Shown: in pieces, positions 1 through 9,082 of the stretch | Numbering within the stretch: the stretch's first letter is position 1 | Layout: the number at the start of each line of letters is the position of its first letter | NCBI GenBank assembly: GCA_963675745.2 | Contig: CAXXWX010000026.1 | Coordinates: 448,001 to 512,000, forward strand | DNA length: 64,000 nucleotides | Reading direction: 5' to 3' | DNA from: Phycisphaerae bacterium | GTDB lineage: Bacteria > Planctomycetota > Phycisphaerae > UBA1845 > Fen-1342 | Position numbers and translations under genes: made by a program | Notes under the pieces: generated by a model | The model's database searches: none | Told to the model about the DNA's origin: nothing | Seen by the model: the letters and a program-made list of their open reading frames with translations, nothing else

Positions 1-178
1 TTGGCGCCGGGCGTCCGGAGACAGGCAGGGAATGTCGAGCAGGTAGGGCATATCGAGCAGGTAGAGCATATCGAGGGAAGCGAGACACGCCGCTTCAGGT
101 ACCCGGTGTCATGCCGACGGGTGTTCGCGGCGGCATGCCGCGCGGCCACCGTGTTGCCACATCGGCCGCTCGCGCAAC

Positions 179-213
179 GGCAGGTCTCGCTGCGCTCGAC
201 CTACCCTACAGCG
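179..213 (-). repeat. GTAG-type REP palindrome (class F)
   Basis: Minus strand reads GTAGGGTAGGTCGAGCGCAGCGAGACCTGCC (GTAG tetranucleotide then imperfect hairpin); degenerate direct copy at 2026-2060. Confidence 0.65.
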
Positions 214-236
214 TTATCGCCGGCGCTGGTGCTCGT

Positions 237-863
237 TCAACCTGAATCGCCGTCGGCCTCCTTCTCCTCCATGGCGGCGGCCAGCGGTGCGAGCAGGCGA
301 AAGGCCCGCCGGGCCAGCCAACGCATCGGGTTGACCGTGAAGACAGCGACAACGCCACCGACCAGCACGATGACCGCCCCGGCTTCGTTGAGTACGACCA
401 CCGCCGCCCAGCACACTCCGATGACAGCCAACGTGCTCACCGCTACGACAACGACCATGTACGCCTGATGATGCAACAGTGTGCGCCAGGCCCCCTCGAT
501 ATCTCGAAAGGCGTAGCCGATCGGCGGTACGAGGATCATCGACCAGAGCAACAGACCGCCCGTAAAGGCGCACACGGCGGCCTGGCTCGCACCGCCGATG
601 AGCACTGCCACACCGATCGCGACGAACACACCGATCGGGATAGCCGCGAGCAACCCGGCCCGGTGAAGTTCGCCCTGAATCTCCAATGCCCGGCGGTGTC
701 CGGCCAGCCGGGCACGCAGCATGGCCCGCGTCACCGTCGCGCCGCACTCCGGACAGCGAATCGGATCGCCCACCAGGCCGCGCAGGTTGTAGCCGCACCC
801 GGGCCCTGCGCAGCGGACGTCACAATCCAGCGGCTGATCAGGTTGCAGGGGCACACGATCCAT
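237..863 (-). CDS. Zinc-ribbon (CxxCGYNLRGL...CPECG) membrane protein with about 4 TM helices
   Basis: MDRVPLQ...CAGPGCGYNLRGLVGDPIRCPECG followed by hydrophobic segments; start chosen at ATG 863 because the longer ORF runs through the repeat and transposase. Confidence 0.75.
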   Translation of the reverse strand: MDRVPLQPDQPLDCDVRCAGPGCGYNLRGLVGDPIRCPECGATVTRAMLRARLAGHRRALEIQGELHRAGLLAAIPIGVFVAIGVAVLIGGASQAAVCAFTGGLLLWSMILVPPIGYAFRDIEGAWRTLLHHQAYMVVVVAVSTLAVIGVCWAAVVVLNEAGAVIVLVGGVVAVFTVNPMRWLARRAFRLLAPLAAAMEEKEADGDSG

Positions 864-957
864 GCCGCGAGTATAGCCGCGCGCGGCACAACCAGCGCGG
901 CGAGACATGCCCGCTTCAGGCGACGCGCGTCGGGTTATCAGCAGAATCGAGGGCGCG

Positions 958-1632
958 CACCGCCCCGAAGGGGCGCGGGCACTTGGCCACGGGTGGAGCG
1001 AAGCGCAACCCGTGGGCATGAGTCGCCACCCCGTGATTTCCGCCCCGCAGGGGCGGGGGAGCGCCTGTTCATCCGACGAGATAGCGCTCGTCATACTCCA
1101 CGCCGTGAGCCTCCAGCAACGCCCGCAGTTCGTCCACGAATCCCTGACGCCGATGATGAGACGCTTGACCACGAATGTACCGCTGCACCGTCTCGAATTG
1201 TGAAGGACTGACGGTGAACGCCGCGTAGCCCTCCTGCCAGGCGAAGCCGCGCATCGTTGAGAACGTTGTGTGCACCCAGCGCGAGGAGTTCGCTTTCAGC
1301 CGACGCATGAGCGTCGCGAGCGCTTCATCCGCACGCCATTGGATCAGCAGGTGAACATGGTCGGCCACGCCGCCGATCTCGTGTGCAATACCACGTTCGC
1401 TGCGAATGGTGCCGCCGAGGTAATCGTACAGCCGCGGCTGCAACTCAGCGGCGATCGCGTTGGCGCGGTGCTTGGTGCTGAAGACGATGTGGTAGAGCAA
1501 TCGTGTGTAGGTTCCTGGCACGGGCGCCTCCCCCGCCCCTTCGGGGCGGAATGGTGGTTGGGGACGCATCGTATCCACGGGTTACGCTGCGCTCCACCCG
1601 TGGCCATGCGCCCCCGCCCCTGTCGGGGCGGG
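958..1632 (-). mobile_element. IS200-like/REP-associated HUH transposase element with inverted multi-hairpin ends
   Basis: Ends 958-1055 and 1533-1632 are inverted copies of a GCCCC-N3/4-GGGGC hairpin + CCACGGGTGGAGCG(A/C)AGCG(C/T)AACCCGTGG hairpin + second GCCCC hairpin, enclosing only tnpA. Confidence 0.8.
1069..1521 (-). CDS. tnpA: IS200/IS605-family Y1 (HUH) transposase, RAYT-like
   Basis: YHIVFSTK, HUH motif DHVHLL, FAWQEGYAAFTVS, catalytic Tyr in RYIRGQ; GTG start at 1521 preceded by GAGG; 150 aa. Confidence 0.92.
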   Translation of the reverse strand: MPGTYTRLLYHIVFSTKHRANAIAAELQPRLYDYLGGTIRSERGIAHEIGGVADHVHLLIQWRADEALATLMRRLKANSSRWVHTTFSTMRGFAWQEGYAAFTVSPSQFETVQRYIRGQASHHRRQGFVDELRALLEAHGVEYDERYLVG

Positions 1633-1710
1633 ATCGGTGTCCGACAGGCTCACGGGCTACAAGCGGCGCGGGCGCTTCAACCCACAAGCTTCGAATAGTG
1701 CGACGTGTGC

Positions 1711-1992
1711 CACCGCCCCGAAGGGGCGCAGGCGCTTAGCCACGGGTGGAGCGAAGCGCAACTCGTGGGTATGAGTCGCCGCCTCCCGTAATCTCCGCCC
1801 CGGGAGGGGCGGGGGAGCGCCTGTTCATCCGACAAGATAGCGCTCGTCATACTCCACGCCGTGAGCCTCCAGCAACGCCCGCGGCGCCTCCCGCGCCCTT
1901 TCAGGGCGGAACGGCGGTTGGGGGCACATCCCATCCACGGGCTGCGCTGCGCTCCACCCGTGGCCATGCGCCGGCGCCCCTGTCGGGGCGGG
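1711..1992 (-). mobile_element. Internally deleted non-autonomous copy of the 958-1632 element
   Basis: Both ends retained plus the last 18 codons of tnpA (RALLEAHGVEYDERYLVG*, 1825-1882); the equivalent of about 1127-1522 is missing. Confidence 0.85.
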
Positions 1993-2025
1993 GTGCTCCA
2001 CAACACCGAGCCGGTACAGTGCGGC

Positions 2026-2060
2026 GGCAGATCTTTCTGCGCTCGACCTACTCTGCAGCG
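2026..2060 (-). repeat. Degenerate REP class F copy
   Basis: ggcagatctttctgcgctcgacctactctgcagcg vs ggcaggtctcgctgcgctcgacctaccctacagcg at 179-213. Confidence 0.55.
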
Positions 2061-2109
2061 CTGCTCGAAAGCGCTGGATTACAGACGGCCGAGCGTGTGA
2101 AATACGGGC

Positions 2110-3462
2110 ATGATTGATGACTTCGCAAATCGGCGCGTGACCGTGATGGGGCTCGGCGGCTTTGGCGGCGGCGTGGGTGTGACGCGCTGGCTGGTTGGGC
2201 GTGGCGCCAGCGTGACGGTGACCGATCTGGCCGAACCGGAGAAGCTCGCGGAGTCTCTCGCCGCAATCGCCGACCTTGACGTGACGCTGCATCTGGGCGG
2301 GCATGAGGAGGCGGACTTTCGCGACGCCGATCTGCTCGTCGTGAATCCCGCCGTCCCGCCCAACGTGCCATTCCTGCAAGTCGCCCGCGACGCCGGCGTA
2401 CCCATCACCACCGAAGTCAATCTCTTCGTCGAGCGTTGCCCCGCAACATGCGTCGGCGTCACCGGCTCGGTCGGCAAGAGCACGATCACCGCGATGACCG
2501 GCCACGTGCTTGAAAACGCTCAGCGCGAGCGGCGCGTCTGGGTCGGCGGCAACATTGGCCGCTCGCTGCTCGACGCCCTGCCGCAGATGGGCCGCGACGA
2601 TCTCGTTGTGCTGGAGCTATCCAGTTTTCAGCTTCATTGGACGCCATTGGTCAAATGGAGCCCGCACGTCGCCGTCGTCACGAACATCACGCCCAACCAC
2701 CTCGACTGGCATGGCACTTTCGCGGCGTATGTCGCGGACAAGCTCAATCTGCTGCGCTTTCAGGCCCCCGCGCGCGACGTAATTGTCATCGAGGATGTGC
2801 CGGACCTTAAACAGCATGTCGAATCGGCCGCCGACGAATCGGCTCCCGTGTGGCGTTACACTGCCGACGCTGACGACCTGTCTGCGATCAACCGGGCCGG
2901 GCAGCGACTGCGCTGGAAGGATGTGCGACCGGCCATCCCCGGTCAACACAACCGCCGCAATGCCGCCGCCGCTCTGACCGTCGCCGCCACACTGGGTATT
3001 GACCTGGATCGGGCGATCGCGGCGTTGGGTTCGTTTGAAGGATTGCCGCACCGGCTGCGGCGTGTCGCGATTATCAACGGTGTGACCTACTACGATGATT
3101 CCAAGTCCACTACGCCCGAGGCGGTTATCACGGCATTGAACGCGATCGACGGCCCGATCCTGTTGATCCTCGGCGGCTACGATAAAAGGACCGATCTGAC
3201 GCCGGCGATCGAGGCCGCCGCCCGGCGCGTCAAGTTCACGGCGTGCATCGGCCAGACCGGCCGCGGGCTGGCCGCCGCCCTGCGCGCGCGCGGCGCGGCA
3301 ACCGAGCTGTATGATGAGCTCACCGCGGCGGTCGCCGCCTGCCAGGCCCACGCCGTCGACGGGGACGTCATACTTCTGTCTCCAGGCTGCGCATCGTGGG
3401 ACATGTTCAAGGACTATCGTGACCGCGGTGAGACGTTCGCCCGCTGCGCCCGCGGCTCGTGA
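2110..3462 (+). CDS. murD: UDP-N-acetylmuramoyl-L-alanine--D-glutamate ligase
   Basis: GLGGFGGG N-terminus, VTGSVGKST P-loop, GGNIG, LELSSFQL, NHLDWH, DDSKST, GGYDK, LSPGCASWDMF. Confidence 0.95.
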   Translation: MIDDFANRRVTVMGLGGFGGGVGVTRWLVGRGASVTVTDLAEPEKLAESLAAIADLDVTLHLGGHEEADFRDADLLVVNPAVPPNVPFLQVARDAGVPITTEVNLFVERCPATCVGVTGSVGKSTITAMTGHVLENAQRERRVWVGGNIGRSLLDALPQMGRDDLVVLELSSFQLHWTPLVKWSPHVAVVTNITPNHLDWHGTFAAYVADKLNLLRFQAPARDVIVIEDVPDLKQHVESAADESAPVWRYTADADDLSAINRAGQRLRWKDVRPAIPGQHNRRNAAAALTVAATLGIDLDRAIAALGSFEGLPHRLRRVAIINGVTYYDDSKSTTPEAVITALNAIDGPILLILGGYDKRTDLTPAIEAAARRVKFTACIGQTGRGLAAALRARGAATELYDELTAAVAACQAHAVDGDVILLSPGCASWDMFKDYRDRGETFARCARGS

Positions 3463-3563
3463 AACCCGCCTAGGATTGCCCGCCGGCGCCGCCGCGCGTT
3501 ATAGTCTCAACCTGCTGTGTGATCACCGCGCAACAGAGCCCAGACGATGTGGGAGATACTGCA

Positions 3564-4413
3564 ATGTATGGACGGTTGATTCTTGGCTCGTGGGCCGTTC
3601 TGGCGCTGCACGCCGGTGTGGCGTGGGCCTCCGACGATGTCAGCGTGGCGCTTTACAAAATCACCGAGGTGCGCGAGACCAAGCTGATCAAGGATGACGG
3701 CGAAAGCATGACTTTCAGCTTTAGCGGCGCCAAGCCGGGATTGACGCTGACACTCGAACTCTCCGGCACCGTCGCCGCATCGGCGTCACACTACGGCCAC
3801 ATCAAGCTCGATAGCGCCAAAGACGATCAGGGCACCGCGGTGGAGTTGCGCACCGGCGGCTTCTCCATGAATGATCCGGTCAAGGAATTCGTGCGCATCG
3901 ATCGCAGCCAGATGTTCTTCGGCCGTGACGAAGAGGCGCGCAAGGACAGGCTGGAAATCGAAATCCCGCTGGAGCTGCCGGCGCGCAAGGCCGAGCGGCT
4001 CGCGGTCGTCGAAGGCACGCTCAAGCTGCGCGGCGGCGAAACGAAAGACGTTCTGCTAGCGAATGTGCGCGGCAAACCCGGCACGGTGCTCGAGAACAAG
4101 CTGCTCGAGGAGTCCGGCCTGAAAGTGCGCATCGCCAAGGCCGGCGACGGGATGCAACCGGACGACCCCGCCAAGGCGGTTTCAATCGACGTTAAGGGCA
4201 AGCTGGGGGCGCTGCTCAAGGTCGAGCTGGTGAGGCGCGGAGGGAGATGTGCTCAACGCGTCATCGATGTGGTTCGGCAGCGACGGACGCCGCACGTATA
4301 CGCTGGAAGCCGATGACAAGCTCGCCGACGACGTTCAGCTCAAGCTGACCGTGGTGCCGGACCTGCACGAGATCGAGGTGCCCTTTCAGCTCAAAGATGT
4401 GAAACTGCCCTGA
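3564..4413 (+). pseudogene. Secreted hypothetical protein with a +1 frameshift near 4233 (or sequencing error)
   Basis: Signal peptide (VAWA|SDD); removing one base near 4233 restores a frame ending ...EIEVPFQLKDVKLP* at 4413. Confidence 0.75.
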
Positions 4414-4440
4414 GCGCCGGCGCCGGGCCGGACGCTCGCC

Positions 4441-4565
4441 CGGTTTCAACAACAGTCCGTTGCCCACAGGCGGGTGGGGCGGGCGTCCCGCCCGCTTATG
4501 TACTGCTTTCGTCGAAGTCGGGCGAGACGCCCGACCCACCCCAACCGAGACGCCCGACCCACCCC
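4441..4565. repeat. REP cluster class C (GTGGGGCGGGCGTCCCGCCCGC plus inverted copies)
   Basis: Forward palindrome at about 4474-4495, inverted copies gggcgagacgcccgacccacc at about 4520-4540 and a partial at about 4546-4565, between convergent genes; 4441-4495 matches 52955-53009 at 52/55 nt. Confidence 0.75.
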
Positions 4566-4601
4566 GACAGTGTAAGCCACCGCGTCATTACTGAAACCGC
4601 T

Positions 4602-5267
4602 CTAGTCGATGAAGCTGCCGGCGCGAAGTCGGCGTCGCACCGCGCGCACCTGTTCCACGTTGCGCAGCGCATCCTGAAGCTCGTCGATCCGCGCGATCGG
4701 ACCGGTGACGCGCAGTTTGCCCAGGTAGATGGAGTCTCCGCGAAAGATGTTCCACCGCTCGCACACGAGCCCCATCGAGCGCACCAACTCCTCGATATGC
4801 TGGCCGGCTTCGCGCGTCGGCTCCAACTTGAGCTCAAAACGCGCCGTCGTGCGCCAGCGACTCATCCACTGTTCGACGTGAGCCAGCCCAAAGAGGATTG
4901 CCACCACAAACACCGTCGCAACGGCGCCCACCAGAAACAGCCCCGCGCCGAAGGCCATGCCCACGCTGGCCACCGCCCAGATGGTGGCGGCAGTGGTCAG
5001 GCCGATTACCTGGCCGCGAGATTGGATAATGGCCCCGGCGCCGAGAAAACCAACGCCCGTGACCACCTGCGCGGCGATGCGACCCGGATCGCTGATACCG
5101 GTGGTGGCGGCGACTCTCTCGGAGATCAGTGTGAAAACCGCCGCTCCGAGGCAGATAAGAGTGTTGGTGCGAAAGCCGGCGGGCTTGTCATGTAACTCGC
5201 GCTCGTAACCAATCAGCGCTCCGGCCACGGCCGCCGCCAAGAGCCGCAGAAGATCGGCCGGTTCCAT
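4602..5267 (-). CDS. MgtC/SapB family membrane protein
   Basis: IGYERE..KPAGFRT, DPGRIAAQVVTGVGFLGAGAI, GLTTAATIW. Confidence 0.92.
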   Translation of the reverse strand: MEPADLLRLLAAAVAGALIGYERELHDKPAGFRTNTLICLGAAVFTLISERVAATTGISDPGRIAAQVVTGVGFLGAGAIIQSRGQVIGLTTAATIWAVASVGMAFGAGLFLVGAVATVFVVAILFGLAHVEQWMSRWRTTARFELKLEPTREAGQHIEELVRSMGLVCERWNIFRGDSIYLGKLRVTGPIARIDELQDALRNVEQVRAVRRRLRAGSFID

Positions 5268-5410
5268 ACCCGTGTCACCTCGCAAAGAGTCCAGGTTCAG
5301 TGCCGTGGCGAATTATAGCGGCGAATCGCGCACATTTACACGGCGTCAGGCGTGCTGCTTGACGGCGCTAGGGCCGGCGATAAACTGCATGGTCCGGGCA
5401 GGATTTCGCG

Positions 5411-5484
<74 letters not shown>

Positions 5485-5608
5485 CTTCCCGACCGCCAAT
5501 GCGCGACTCAGACAACACGGCACGCGCTGTGCGCCGGCGACATCTTGTCGGCGAAACGTCCCCCTGTCGTCTGCCACTCACGCACAATCCACGATAGCAT
5601 GCGCGTTG

Positions 5609-7603
5609 ATGTCAGATACACCATCAGATTCACAGGAGCCGGCACCGCCGGCTGAGCCGCCGAGCGAGCCCCGCGCGGACATCGCTGACGCGGAAGTTAC
5701 GTCGGACGCCGATAGCGCGCCGACGGACGCCGCGCCCCCGGTGTTCGCCGATGTCTGGTCACGCACGGAACCGCGTTACCGCGTGCGCGCGTTTGTACTG
5801 CTGGTAGTCAACTTCATACTCTTCTGCGGCCTGTGCGTTTTCACGCATTGGCTACACTCGGCCAAGCTGTTCAGCTTCTCGTACGAGAGCTACATCTACC
5901 CCTTCCGGTTCTGGGGGCCAGAAACCCAGAGCCTCAATGACTTCCTGCTCGCGCCGATCAATGTGGTGCAGACGCCGATCCATGGCGTCGTGCTCGGACT
6001 GCTGGTCGCGTCAATCGTCGCCGTGCCGATTGTGGTGGCGATGCTCTACCGCTTTCCCGCGTCGGTACCGTTCGCGGCCGCAATCGCGGTGTTCGCACAC
6101 ATGCCGTGGATGGGCGTGACGCTGATGGCCGGCTGTGTTCTGGCGTCGCTGAAGCCGTTTAGATTGAGCTTTCGTTATGGCTCAGCCTTGCTGGGACTGT
6201 TACCCGTGCTGCTCTATCTGTACATGGCGACACGCGTCTCACCCGATCAATTGGGCATGTATTCGACACCCGAGCAACGTACCTGGCTGATTGCCCCATG
6301 GATTGTGGCGATTCTGGCGGCGGCCGCCATGCTGGGGCTGATCCTGCTGATCTCTTGGATCGTGAATTACCGCCCGGGTGCGGTTGCCCCGGTGCTGGCC
6401 GGAGCTTTGTTGCTGCCGAGCGTGATCTTCCACACACAGGTGGGCAGCGACGAGCTTGCCTACCGCGTGATCGAGGCCAACTATGGGCCGCGCTCGCCGC
6501 GCTTCAAGCCGGTCGAAGATGTTGGCACGGAAATAGTCCTTCTGATCCGGCAGTACCAGTTGCAGCCGGGTGATGTGATGCGGGCCTTGAAGGAAGGGTT
6601 GGGTGGCTTTCGCCGTCGTGCGATCCGGCACTACATGATCGAGCTGTTACAGGACCGCAGCGCCGCCAACCAGGCCTGCGAACGCTTCATCGTCGAGCAC
6701 CCGACCAGCCGGTACATTCCGTGCGTGTTGTATGTGCAGGCGCGCGCGTTGGACACGCGCCTGGCCGAGGAATCGCTGCTGCCCATGCACGCCGATTCCC
6801 TGCCGGTCCGCGAACTCTACACCGACTTCCCCCACCCCCAGTCAGAGCGCGCCTGGTCGGTGTTGTGGAATCAGTACGCCGACTCGCCGCTGGCCGTGGT
6901 GGCGGCGGTGCGCCTGGCGGAATTGCACGTGCGCCGCGGAGAAGTGGACGCGGCGCTGCTGCGCCTGCTGCCGGTGGTGAACCGCGCCCAGGCGTTTGCG
7001 CCGGTGCTGCCCACGACGACCCAGCCGTCATGGCGCGGCCTGCTGGCGTCCGCGCCGGCCGAGGCAAGCCTGGAGATCGAGCCCGAGCCCTATCTGCGTG
7101 ACGCGCGCGGCCTGCACCGACTCATAACCCTAAACCGCAACGATCCGAAGTACGCCGACGAGCCCTTGATCGCCTATCACAAGCTGAACGCCCGCCGCGC
7201 CGGATATCGCGCACAGTTGCTGGTGCTCATGGAGCAATTCCCCGACAGCTTCATGTACGACAACCTGCTGGAGGCCTGGGCCAGTTCGGCACCGGAGATC
7301 GATGAGCGTGCCTGGCTGCTCGAAGGCTGCATCGCACGCCTTCCCACCGGTGACCACTTTCCGAACGGTAAACCCATCGCCGACGCGTGGCGCGACGCGC
7401 TGCCCGAGGCGCTGTACCATCTCGCCGGGCTCGAGATCCAGGCCCTGCGCGAGAAGGATCCCGCGGCGCGCGCCCGCGGCATTGCGCGGCTGCGCGAGCT
7501 CATCAATCAGCACGGACGGACAATCTGGGCGCTGCGCGCCGCTGACGACCTCGCCCGGCTCGAACCCGGACCGCCTGATGTTCCCGAAACGGAGTCACCG
7601 TGA
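5609..7603 (+). CDS. Multi-pass membrane protein with C-terminal TPR-like helical domain
   Basis: About 7 hydrophobic segments then helical repeats (FIVEHPTSRY, YADSPLAVVA); GTGA overlap with ubiX. Confidence 0.7.
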   Translation: MSDTPSDSQEPAPPAEPPSEPRADIADAEVTSDADSAPTDAAPPVFADVWSRTEPRYRVRAFVLLVVNFILFCGLCVFTHWLHSAKLFSFSYESYIYPFRFWGPETQSLNDFLLAPINVVQTPIHGVVLGLLVASIVAVPIVVAMLYRFPASVPFAAAIAVFAHMPWMGVTLMAGCVLASLKPFRLSFRYGSALLGLLPVLLYLYMATRVSPDQLGMYSTPEQRTWLIAPWIVAILAAAAMLGLILLISWIVNYRPGAVAPVLAGALLLPSVIFHTQVGSDELAYRVIEANYGPRSPRFKPVEDVGTEIVLLIRQYQLQPGDVMRALKEGLGGFRRRAIRHYMIELLQDRSAANQACERFIVEHPTSRYIPCVLYVQARALDTRLAEESLLPMHADSLPVRELYTDFPHPQSERAWSVLWNQYADSPLAVVAAVRLAELHVRRGEVDAALLRLLPVVNRAQAFAPVLPTTTQPSWRGLLASAPAEASLEIEPEPYLRDARGLHRLITLNRNDPKYADEPLIAYHKLNARRAGYRAQLLVLMEQFPDSFMYDNLLEAWASSAPEIDERAWLLEGCIARLPTGDHFPNGKPIADAWRDALPEALYHLAGLEIQALREKDPAARARGIARLRELINQHGRTIWALRAADDLARLEPGPPDVPETESP

Positions 7604-8193
7604 AGCAGATAGTAATGGCCATCACGGGAGCGAGCGGCGCGCCGTATGCGCGCCGGCTGGTCGAGTGTCTCGCCAACGCCGACGCACACGTACACCTAGT
7701 GATCTCGCCGCACGGTCGTGAACTGCTCGGCCAGGAGCTGGGTATCCGCCGGCCGACCGCCGAAGCGCTCGCGGGTCGCGCCGCGGCCAACATCACGGAA
7801 CACGCATACAACAACCTCGGCGCCGCGATCGCGAGCGGCTCACTGATTACCGACGGCATGGTGGTCTGCCCGTGCAGCAGCAACACGCTGGGGGCAATCG
7901 CGGGCGGGCTCGCCGACAACCTGATCACGCGCGCCGCGGCCGTAACGCTCAAGGAAGCCCGCCGATTGGTGATCGTACCCCGCGAGATGCCCGTGAGTCA
8001 GATCGAGCTGGCGAACATGCTGCGACTCAGCCAGGCCGGCGCGGTCATTTGTCCGGCGAGCCCCGGTTTCTATCTACGGCCCGCAAACATCGACGCGCTG
8101 GTGGATTTCGTGGTCGGCAAAGTCCTCGACCTGCTCGCTGTTGGCCACGACCTGGACACGCGCTGGGAACCGGGTTCAGCGGACGATCGCTGA
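7600..8193 (+). CDS. ubiX: Flavin prenyltransferase
   Basis: AITGASGA, CPCSSNTL, RAAAVTLKEARRLVIVPREMP, PASPGFY. Confidence 0.93.
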   Translation: MKQIVMAITGASGAPYARRLVECLANADAHVHLVISPHGRELLGQELGIRRPTAEALAGRAAANITEHAYNNLGAAIASGSLITDGMVVCPCSSNTLGAIAGGLADNLITRAAAVTLKEARRLVIVPREMPVSQIELANMLRLSQAGAVICPASPGFYLRPANIDALVDFVVGKVLDLLAVGHDLDTRWEPGSADDR

Positions 8194-8200
8194 GTTTGTC

Positions 8201-9082
8201 ATGTCACAAATGATCGCGACGATGCGAACGTGGGGCGAAATGGTCAAGTTCGCCCATTCCGTCTTCGCCCTGCCATTCGCGTTGTTTGCAATGTTCCTGG
8301 CGGCGGCGCCCGCGCGGCCCTCGTTGTCGCAGTTCGCTCTGATCGTCATTTGCATGGTGACCGCCCGCAGCGCGGCCATGACGTTCAACCGGATCGTTGA
8401 TGCGCGTCTTGACGCGCTTAACCCGCGCACCGCCGATCGGTCGATTCCCGCCGGACTGATCACGCCGCGCGCCGCCTGGGCGTTCTTTGTCGCCAGCGCG
8501 GCGGGCTTCGTTGTCACCTGCGTTGGCTTTCTGTTGCTGCACGATAATCTCTGGCCATTAGCGCTGAGTGTTCCGGTATTGGCGTATCTGTGCTTTTATT
8601 CACTCACCAAGCGTTTCACGCGCTGGTCACACATCATCCTGGGATCCGGGATTGCCTTGTCGCCGGTCGCGGCGTGGATCGCGATCAGCCCGGACACGCT
8701 GGGGCTGGCGGCGTGGCTGTTGATGGCGGCCGTCGCCTCCTGGATCGGCGGCTTTGATCTGATCTACGCCTGCCAGGACGTCGCCTGCGACCGGCAGTTG
8801 GGGCTGCACAGCGTGCCGGCCAGCATGGGAGTCGGCGCCGCTCTGTGGCTGGCGCGGGTCCTCCATGTCATTACCGTCGCCGCGCTGGCCGCCGTCGGCA
8901 TCACGGCCCAACTTGGCGGGCTGTACTTCGCCGGTGTTGTCGGCGTTGCGCTCCTGCTGATCATCGAAAACGCGCTGGTCAGCCCGCAAAACCTGAGTCG
9001 CGTTAACCTGGCGTTCTTCACCGTCAACGGCATCGTCGGAGTCGTGTTTGGTGCCGTCGGCATTGTCGACGTGGTGCTGTGA
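8201..9082 (+). CDS. UbiA-family polyprenyltransferase (MqnP-like)
   Basis: VKFAHSVFALPFA, ARSAAMTFNRIVDARLDALNPRT, GFDLIYACQD, FFTVNG. Confidence 0.9.
   Translation: MSQMIATMRTWGEMVKFAHSVFALPFALFAMFLAAAPARPSLSQFALIVICMVTARSAAMTFNRIVDARLDALNPRTADRSIPAGLITPRAAWAFFVASAAGFVVTCVGFLLLHDNLWPLALSVPVLAYLCFYSLTKRFTRWSHIILGSGIALSPVAAWIAISPDTLGLAAWLLMAAVASWIGGFDLIYACQDVACDRQLGLHSVPASMGVGAALWLARVLHVITVAALAAVGITAQLGGLYFAGVVGVALLLIIENALVSPQNLSRVNLAFFTVNGIVGVVFGAVGIVDVVL

Noticed and set aside
36..76. 18-bp tandem repeat TCGAGCAGGTAG(G/A)GCATA
   Set aside because: Only about 2.3 units at the window edge; probably decayed REP starts; cannot be interpreted
958..1992. CRISPR array or TnpB/IscB omega-RNA system near tnpA
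   Set aside because: Repeats are inverted element ends, not regularly spaced direct repeats with unique spacers; no tnpB, iscB or cas ORF in the window
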